Positions 57,588-64,000 of a stretch of DNA of 64,000 nucleotides are shown here, one piece after another. Each line of letters starts with the position of its first letter. Positions within the stretch are counted from its first letter, which is position 1. The notes beneath the pieces are model-generated. The model was not told where the DNA came from. It saw only the letters and a list, made by a program, of their open reading frames with translations, and ran no database searches. The position numbers and the translations under genes are program-made. This DNA is from a virus (taxonomy: Duplodnaviria > Caudoviricetes): the IMG/VR virus record IMGVR_UViG_2770939586_000001, one strand, 5' to 3'.

Positions 57588-58446
57588 CGAGCATTTGGGA
57601 GATGTAGAAACGTTTGTAGAGAAGAATCAAAAGTTGGTATGGAAATGTGTGCAGCAGTATAAGATGGTAGCTCGTACAAAGTGTATCGAGTTAGAAGAAC
57701 TATTTCAGATCGGTATGATAGGAATGTTAAAAGCGTATGAGAAGTACGATCCAAGTAAATTTGAGAATGTGAACAACTTTACCACATATGGTGTTCCTAT
57801 GATTCATGGAGAGATTTTACGTTTCTTACGTGATTTCTATCCTGTTAGGGTTCCTCGTGGAAAAATGGAACTGCTTAGGAAAATACGATGCGCCGGTATG
57901 ATGAATTTATCTGCTCAGGAGATTGCGGAACATTTCGATGTTTCGGAGAAGGAGGTAGAACAAGCGCTAGAGATGCGCTATGTAGAGCAGGTTCAATCTA
58001 TGGATGCAGAGATTATAGATTATGAAAATAAAGAGATTACGCTGCATGACAAAATTTCTGTATCGGCCGATTATACAGGTGTGTTCGTGTATGATTTTTT
58101 AAAATCGCTATCCGAGCGCGAGCAAACCATCATAGAAATGCGGACATGGGATGCTACACAGGTGGAAATCGCACAGGCGGTAGGGATAGGTCAGGTTCAA
58201 GTATCACGTATGCTGACCAGAATAAAAAATAAGTATCTCGCGTATTGTAACGGGGAAACGGTTAGTCCTGCGATTGAGCTGCAACGAAAAGTAACACGTG
58301 AGCGGTATGAGATAATGGCAGCCGAAGGGAGGAGTAACAAAGAAATCGCGCAGGAATTCGGATGCCATATTAAAACGCTGAAGCATCATCAAAGAAAGTG
58401 GAAGCAAGCGGAACAGGCGGTGGATCTGTATGAAGCCACTGTTTGA
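57577..58446 (+). CDS. SigB/SigF/SigG-family sigma factor with an extra C-terminal HTH
   Basis: N.KLV...ELFQIG.IG.LKA...YDP...FTTY.VPMI.GEI.RFLRD; LSEREQ...TQ.EIA..GI.QVQVSR. Confidence 0.92.
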   Translation: MQYNEHLGDVETFVEKNQKLVWKCVQQYKMVARTKCIELEELFQIGMIGMLKAYEKYDPSKFENVNNFTTYGVPMIHGEILRFLRDFYPVRVPRGKMELLRKIRCAGMMNLSAQEIAEHFDVSEKEVEQALEMRYVEQVQSMDAEIIDYENKEITLHDKISVSADYTGVFVYDFLKSLSEREQTIIEMRTWDATQVEIAQAVGIGQVQVSRMLTRIKNKYLAYCNGETVSPAIELQRKVTRERYEIMAAEGRSNKEIAQEFGCHIKTLKHHQRKWKQAEQAVDLYEATV

Positions 58447-59224
58447 TATAGACGGCAGGAAGTACCGAAAGGTGGGCTTTGTTAACAGATTAATACGTGG
58501 TCAAAGGTATAGTACGGTGTATGACTTGTTCATGGGAAGCGGAAGTATCTTGCTGAACATGGCGTGCAAGGCAGGTGTGTATGCTGGGGTAGATTCTGAC
58601 CATTTATTAGCGGAATTATACCGTTATATGCTTGTTTGTTCGCCGTTCTTTACAACGGAGTTGGCACATGAACGAGCGGTGGAAATGCGTACAAGCCATT
58701 ATGCTGAATATATAGCTAGTTCACTTAAGGATCGCAGGTTAGTTAAGATTTGTATGCGTGATCAGTCTGTAGCAGAAAAGTTCATATTGAGTGTGGTGTT
58801 ATTGCTGCAGGGTAGGCAGAAGAAGCGATTAATTTTCATGGAGGAAGAGCTTTTACGAATTGTACAGTGGCTAAACGAGTTGGTGCGTAAGCTACAAAGT
58901 CGTAAATATGCATTCTTAGTAAGCGATTTGGAGGATTTTGCAGGTTGCGTAGCGGAAACAGAAAATGATTTGTTAATACTCGATCCACCGTGTATTCTGA
59001 CTGGTGATTCAGAAAGTTATACCAGCACGCATGAGTTTATTCTGTACGATATGCTGGCGGCAACGAAGAACGATTTCATTTTGTTCGGCCATCTGGAGAG
59101 AGATGGCGTTGCGAATGATAAACTACGATATTTCGTAAGGTATTTCGGGCTGAAAAGCATACATGTACCTGTTGAGGGACCGAGTGATGGTAGATCGGTA
59201 GAGGTCATGGTAACGAATATTTGA
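58430..59224 (+). CDS. Degenerate Dam (D12-class) DNA adenine methyltransferase-like protein
   Basis: GRKYR...DLFMGSGSI (motif I); LDPPC in place of DPPY; EVMVTN C-terminus. Confidence 0.65.
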   Translation: MKPLFDIDGRKYRKVGFVNRLIRGQRYSTVYDLFMGSGSILLNMACKAGVYAGVDSDHLLAELYRYMLVCSPFFTTELAHERAVEMRTSHYAEYIASSLKDRRLVKICMRDQSVAEKFILSVVLLLQGRQKKRLIFMEEELLRIVQWLNELVRKLQSRKYAFLVSDLEDFAGCVAETENDLLILDPPCILTGDSESYTSTHEFILYDMLAATKNDFILFGHLERDGVANDKLRYFVRYFGLKSIHVPVEGPSDGRSVEVMVTNI

Positions 59225-59244
59225 TAAGGAATTTTTCATTGTGG

Positions 59245-59278
59245 CTGAAAAAACGTGGAGATGGTTCGTATAGAGTAT
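59245..59278 (+). promoter_or_regulatory. Phage ECF-type promoter motif, copy 4
   Basis: CTGAAA-N16-CGTATAGAGTAT. Confidence 0.75.
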
Positions 59279-59300
59279 GTAGAAAGGAGATGTATGCTAA

Positions 59301-61234
59301 GTGAAAATAGTTAAACTTTTGTTCGGAGAAAACGGATATGAGCGCATTTATAACGTGCTGGAGCGCACGGCGCGTGATGGAGATATGGTGTTGGTCAATG
59401 GGAAGGACTTGCATAAGGTTACAGCGATGGATAGCAGCGGCAATATTTTGACAGAAGGATGCGCGGCGTTTGTGCCGGAGGATTACCAGGTTGTGGAGTT
59501 TAGTGGTCGGGGAGAATTGGATGATGTGAGGTACAGGGAGGAGCAATGGCAGGAGAACACACACGATTTAATCTTAGTAGTTAACCCGGAAGAACATGTT
59601 AGACTTGTGCCGGACTTAACCCGTCAGGAGGTCATCGAGAAGGCGAAGCAGGATATTGAGGAGTTGAAAAAAACAAGCCTAGTCCAGGGTTATTCATATT
59701 ATCTGCACGATGGGAAAAGATGTGATGCAAAGTTTAGTAGAGAAAATAACAAAGTTGTGTGCGAGATGTTAGGCATAAATACGTATGCTAAATATGCTCA
59801 AGGAGAAGCAACGTTCGGTCCAACTGACTGCTTCAACTGGCATATCGGTTGCGCCATCGCATTACGCCAAGCATCGGGACTGAGTGTACCACGCTACTAT
59901 ACACATGCGCCACAACCCACAGAGGTACAGGTCGGTGATATTGTGACTCACAAGATCGACAACCGGGTATTTGAAGTAGAAAAAGTAGACGGGGAAAAGT
60001 GCTCTATCGTACATCATATCCCGTCCGTATATCGTATTTAATTGTGCTGGATGATTCTCGTCTGGTGCAAGTAAAACAGCATGATGAATCTCCAGCAGAT
60101 GTAGAAGAATGGATTTCAACCAATGAAATGCTTCAACGAATCCAAGATGGTGAAGTATACATTTGCTCGAAACATGAGGAACGGAAGGAAACGGGCCGGA
60201 GTACAAAGGTTATGAAGAAAGGCTGCAAGATATTCTGGCAGGAATCGAATGTTCAATTTGTAAACGGCGGATCACTTGTGCGTCCACTCAAATGGAAGAA
60301 GATAAGCGAAGAAGTTCCGACTGATATGGACTGGATTTCTACACAAGAGATGTTTGCACAAAGTCAGGTAGGAGAGCGATATGAAGTCCAGTTTCCAGAC
60401 ACTCATCCAGCGCGAGACTGTTACAACGGTTGGGCAGAGCGATTGGAGAGTGATCAAATTGTATGGCAAGGTACGTCATCGTTGACACATCCGGTAAATC
60501 CGATAACGTGCAAGTGGAGAAAAGTGAAGGAGAGTGGAATAGAACTCACTACATCACAGTTGCTTGAGCAGTTACAAGAGGGGCAACGGGCACAAATGGT
60601 GAATGGACAGCCTCACTGGAATGTTTGTGATGTCTGGAAAGAAGAAAATGCTATCTGGTATTTAGATGGTGATGGAGAACGCGCGTTACTTCCGATGTCT
60701 GACGGGGTGATGGCTGCTAAGTGGAAGTTGATCGAGGTAAAGCAACCGGAGATCACAGAGCGCCAGCAGGCTATCAGTTTAGCTAAACAACTACTTGAAA
60801 ATGAGTTAACCAATGCGAATCAGCGTTATTTTGCGATAAATGGTAGTTTATGCGATGCCGAGTTCATTGTGAATCGTGACAAGCGTACTATCGCCTGCCT
60901 GATGCGTGGTATCAACACGAAGAAGGTTCATGCGCGAGGAATCGCCAAGTGTATGCCGTCTGATTGCTTCAACGTGCATATCGGCAAAGCGATAGCGTTG
61001 TGTCGTGCTATTGGTAATGATGTACCTGATTACTTACTGAGTGCGCCCAATCCAACAGAACCGCAGGTAGGAGATGTGATAGAGTTTCACACGAGAAAAG
61101 GCATGCCATTCAAAAAAGACAAAGTTATAGAAGTTACGGTCACATCAAGCGGGGTATTCTGTGAGGCTAGTAAAGGTACGATAAAGTTTATCCCTGGATA
61201 TGGAGACCGTGTTGTAGATGATAGCCGTGAGTAA
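59301..61234 (+). pseudogene. Single multidomain gene split by a frameshift at about 59991-59998 (ORFs 59301-60041 and 59999-61234)
   Basis: Duplicated domain (DCFN.HIG.AIAL...AP.PTE.QVGD...DDSR). The first copy's terminal VLDDSR lies in the -1 frame. Confidence 0.65.
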
Positions 61235-61403
61235 GGAGAGAAATATATCGGGTGAGTCTGAGCTACGTTACTGCACGCCAGCGGAGTCTTTGAAGCAGGC
61301 ATTGAAAGAAATGAAACTTATGCGAGAAGGTAAGCTACCGAAAAAGCCATGGGATGAGTTTTATAAGGAAATTAAAGAGTGGAAGGAGGAAGAGGGGCTA
61401 TAA
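61218..61403 (+). CDS. Small conserved phage protein
   Basis: YCTPAESLKQALKEMKLMREGKLPKKPWDEF; start uncertain. Confidence 0.55.
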   Translation: MIAVSKERNISGESELRYCTPAESLKQALKEMKLMREGKLPKKPWDEFYKEIKEWKEEEGL

Positions 61404-61720
61404 ACCAAAATTTGCAGGGTGATTGGATTGTTTTGGACAAAGAAAAGCTACGGGCGAAAATAATCAAACTCCCGGTCAAAAACGGAGCGATCATGTTAGA
61501 TCACAATAACCCGGATCATCGTGATTTGTTTGAAGATGACGAAGAAGGAGATGACAGAATGGTAGATGTGATTAAAAAGCGTGTTGTGTACGTAGATATG
61601 GCCGGGCTGGAACCACAGCAAGTAGAGGAAGAAGTGACGTTACTCCAGTTTCAGGGGCTATTGGTAAAGGAGTCGCAGGGGCTTGTGAAGATTGTGGAAG
61701 TGCCGGATTTTAGTGGATAA
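61379..61720 (+). CDS. Hypothetical protein (start uncertain; possibly two fused small ORFs)
   Basis: Internal RBS GAAGGAG before ATG 61559. Confidence 0.4.
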   Translation: MEGGRGAINQNLQGDWIVLDKEKLRAKIIKLPVKNGAIMLDHNNPDHRDLFEDDEEGDDRMVDVIKKRVVYVDMAGLEPQQVEEEVTLLQFQGLLVKESQGLVKIVEVPDFSG

Positions 61721-61727
61721 TTATATG

Positions 61728-61759
61728 AGGAGCCTGCCTTCTAACAGTTCAGGCTCCTT
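61728..61759. terminator. Terminator between convergent genes
   Basis: AGGAGCCTG...CAGGCTCCT. Confidence 0.65.
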
Positions 61760-61764
61760 GTTCT

Positions 61765-62610
61765 TTATTTAAAAAGCTTGTTGAAGTCCACTTCAAGCCC
61801 CGCCTGTGAGAGTTCACGAGCTAGTTCTATTTCCCAGCTTCCCGCCATGGTTGTATATACGACTCCCTGAATATCAGACAGTATTTCAAGGTCTCCCTTT
61901 ATTAAAGCGCAAACTTTGTTACGACCTAAGCGGCCCATAAAAAAGCCTAATTCAAAGATAACATTTTGCCTTGCACGACTTTTAGCTTCTTCAGGCTGTT
62001 CTTTTTTATAACCTATATCGTCAGGGGTTAAAAGCACTATTGCAAATGAGACATCTGAGTTAGCTTCAAACTTCTCAATAATAGTTCTCCCCTGATTAGC
62101 TTGTTCATGTAGGATAACAGGTTCAAAGTCTAATTTCTCTAGAAACCTAGTTACAGTCAGCTTTGTTTCGTTATCTTGTCCATGAACAATGAAGATTTTA
62201 CGGTTACTGGTTACTGGATTTTGAGGAATGTCACTTTCGTAATCGACCTGGATAGCTTCAGTATAAAGTTCTAGTCTATGTAAAATAGATTCTAATCTTT
62301 CAACTTTTTCGTTAGCATCTTTCCTGAAATCTTTTACTTCATCCTGAAAAGTATAATCACCCATTATCATAAAAGGACCAACGTAGTTATATTCTTCTGC
62401 TATGGAATCGTCACTAAAAAGAGTGAGTAATAAATCATAATTATAATTGCTCCATTTTGTCTTTTCACTTTCTGCTTTTCGGAGGTCTTCTTGACCATAT
62501 ATAGAGAAATCTCCTAGTTGCTTACCTTTTTCAATTTGTTTAAGAATTTTATTAGCGGCCTCTTCTCTAGAAACATTGAGCGAGGGGAGTTTCCTGCTTT
62601 TCTTGGTCAT
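61765..62610 (-). CDS. CAP12/Pycsar-type TIR-like domain protein with a helical N-terminal domain
   Basis: KIFIVHG.D...LHEQ..QGRTIIEKFE...FAIVLLTPDD...RARQNVIFELGFF. Confidence 0.9.
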   Translation of the reverse strand: MTKKSRKLPSLNVSREEAANKILKQIEKGKQLGDFSIYGQEDLRKAESEKTKWSNYNYDLLLTLFSDDSIAEEYNYVGPFMIMGDYTFQDEVKDFRKDANEKVERLESILHRLELYTEAIQVDYESDIPQNPVTSNRKIFIVHGQDNETKLTVTRFLEKLDFEPVILHEQANQGRTIIEKFEANSDVSFAIVLLTPDDIGYKKEQPEEAKSRARQNVIFELGFFMGRLGRNKVCALIKGDLEILSDIQGVVYTTMAGSWEIELARELSQAGLEVDFNKLFK

Positions 62611-62703
62611 TGAACTTCCTCCCTATTTAATATTTTAAATCTATCATAAATCGCTTTCCTTCATATGTAAATTCAGATTGTATTTATATTTTAAATAATT
62701 TCA

Positions 62704-62736
62704 CTAAAAAAATCGCTTCGACACTCGTATAGAGTA
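62704..62736 (+). promoter_or_regulatory. Phage ECF-type promoter motif, copy 5
   Basis: CTAAAA-N16-CGTATAGAGTA. Confidence 0.75.
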
Positions 62737-62766
62737 GTTGAAGCGATTTTTTTGTGAGGTGATAAG

Positions 62767-63147
62767 GTGACGGTTAGAAAAAACGTGCTTAAGCTAGTCG
62801 AGAACAGCCCACATGTCAGCAAGAATACAGCGCTGTTGGTCATGTGGTACTGGCGGTTGTTCGATGGCTGGGAAGCGAAAGATGATGTTGTGTTTACATC
62901 ACCAGAGGAGATTTGCAGGGAGTTTCGACAGCTAGAATCGGACGGTATTATTGATGCAGTAACAGGAGAGATTACGCCACTAGAGATCGGACAGGTTGTA
63001 AGGTTGGATACGTGGCGAGAAGAGTACGCCAAATACAAAGGCCAGAAAGCAGAAGTATGCGATGTGTTTGAAACGGAGCCACGATATCTTGTGAAAGTGG
63101 AGTCTTGTTCTCGGTTCTTTGTCTACTCAGGGGAGATTGAACGATGA
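62767..63147 (+). CDS. Hypothetical protein with a C-terminal SH3/KOW-like segment
   Basis: RBS GAGGTGA; IGQVVRL...G..AEV..V...RYLV. Confidence 0.6.
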   Translation: MTVRKNVLKLVENSPHVSKNTALLVMWYWRLFDGWEAKDDVVFTSPEEICREFRQLESDGIIDAVTGEITPLEIGQVVRLDTWREEYAKYKGQKAEVCDVFETEPRYLVKVESCSRFFVYSGEIER

Positions 63148-63407
63148 AACAATCTGAACGCTTGGTTTTGTTAGAGGAGAATAAACAGGAGATTGAGCGC
63201 TTAAACACTGAGTTACAGCGGAGAAAAGGGATTGTGAGTGACTTGCTGGACGGATGCAATCATACAGACGGCAATGGGGATAGGCTTACAGATGAAACAT
63301 TTACACAAGAAGAAGCGATTTCTATGCGAGTAAAATCATGCAAAATATGTGGTGCGTTACTTGAGCTCAGCACCAGCATTTTTACAAGTATGTTCGAGAG
63401 GGTGTAG
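63144..63407 (+). CDS. Hypothetical protein (coiled coil plus CxH..CxxC)
   Basis: ATGA coupling; CNH...CKICG. Confidence 0.6.
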   Translation: MKQSERLVLLEENKQEIERLNTELQRRKGIVSDLLDGCNHTDGNGDRLTDETFTQEEAISMRVKSCKICGALLELSTSIFTSMFERV

Positions 63408-63411
63408 AAAT

Positions 63412-63594
63412 ATGAAGTTCATCGAGAATCGGAGAACAATCGTGCCGAAACGTGATATGTCAGTAAATAAACCGGCAGAGGTCAAAACATATATCTTGCC
63501 GCCGGAGGAGTTGAAAAAATACAGATCAATGCCGCAGCCAGAACAGGAACGAACGTATCACACATGGGAAAGAAGCTCGAAATGGCAGGGGTGA
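63412..63594 (+). CDS. Small hypothetical phage protein
   Basis: EVKTYILPPEELKKYR; RBS GAGAGGG. Confidence 0.55.
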   Translation: MKFIENRRTIVPKRDMSVNKPAEVKTYILPPEELKKYRSMPQPEQERTYHTWERSSKWQG

Positions 63595-63598
63595 TAGG

Positions 63599-64000
63599 AT
63601 GAGCCGCCAAGAAATTGAAAATCATCTAGCAACCTGGGATGTACGAAAGGAAGTAGTCGAGCGTATCAAACGTTCCGGACTTCCGATTCCACTGAAGCCA
63701 ACAGAGCCGGAAGCGATGAGTACAGAATGGAACGAGATGAACCAGCAGCATGGCGGGCTTAGCAATATTCCATTTGATGAGTTGGGCAATTTTCTCGGCA
63801 AGTGGGATGCGCTGACAGCTTATGCTCGGTATGTGGAAGCAGTGGCTGATTTGGAGCAGACGGCAATCAAAGAACGGAAAGACCACGTAAAAAGTCAATT
63901 GTATGTGCTAAGTGAGGGAACACGCGAGATACGGTATGCATCATGCCAGAGTGATCCGTTGTATGTAGGATTACAGCATAAGTTTGAGATTGCAGAAGCG
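63599..64000 (+). CDS. Hypothetical helical protein, truncated by the window end
   Basis: RBS GGGGTGA; frame open to the window end (MSRQEIENHLATW...KFEIAEA). Confidence 0.6.
   Translation, partial: MSRQEIENHLATWDVRKEVVERIKRSGLPIPLKPTEPEAMSTEWNEMNQQHGGLSNIPFDELGNFLGKWDALTAYARYVEAVADLEQTAIKERKDHVKSQLYVLSEGTREIRYASCQSDPLYVGLQHKFEIAEA

Noticed and set aside
55398-58446. Arbitrium or Rap-Phr peptide signalling locus near the switch
   Set aside because: No TPR/RRNPP receptor or adjacent small signal-peptide gene was seen.
1-64000. Genome-wide stop-codon reassignment (TGA or TAG)
   Set aside because: Many clearly complete genes end in TGA or TAG with the next gene coupled immediately. Only two isolated in-frame stops were found.
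1-64000. CRISPR array, tRNA, rRNA or IS transposase
   Set aside because: No regularly spaced repeat-spacer units, cloverleaf patterns or transposase motifs were noticed by eye. A tRNAscan-SE/Infernal run would be the definitive check.

Overview
The whole window reads as one continuous stretch of a large temperate tailed phage or prophage of a spore-forming, probably S-layer-bearing Bacillales host. The host is inferred from SLH domains, a SigF/G-like sigma factor, yyaC and ArpU. No host housekeeping genes, rRNA, tRNA, CRISPR array or reverse transcriptase were seen. Layout: giant tape-measure gene (6-8147); AT-rich accessory island with a BglII-fold gene, a type I toxin-antitoxin locus and a Phd/Zn-ribbon gene (8.3-11.2 kb); tail-tip and fibre module with SLH proteins and a triple-hydrolase hub (11.3-32.8 kb); regulator, DUF559 nuclease and Xer-like recombinase (32.9-35.5 kb); recombination and replication operon ending in RecU, a metallopeptidase and ArpU (35.7-49.0 kb); a displaced fibre/C-type-lectin cassette (49.2-52.9 kb); GNAT and TIR genes; an HTH switch, two sigma factors and a degenerate Dam; further early/middle genes and a second TIR gene. 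The strongest signals read directly from the DNA are five copies of the promoter-like motif CTRAAA-N16-CGTATAGRGTA, suggesting a phage sigma regulon; three SLH domains spread over two tail-tip proteins; an ArpU-linked lectin-fibre cassette; several candidate defence genes; a tiny antisense RNA unit; and an in-frame TGA at a CxxC cysteine position followed by a hairpin. All family calls come from motif recognition by eye, not database searches.
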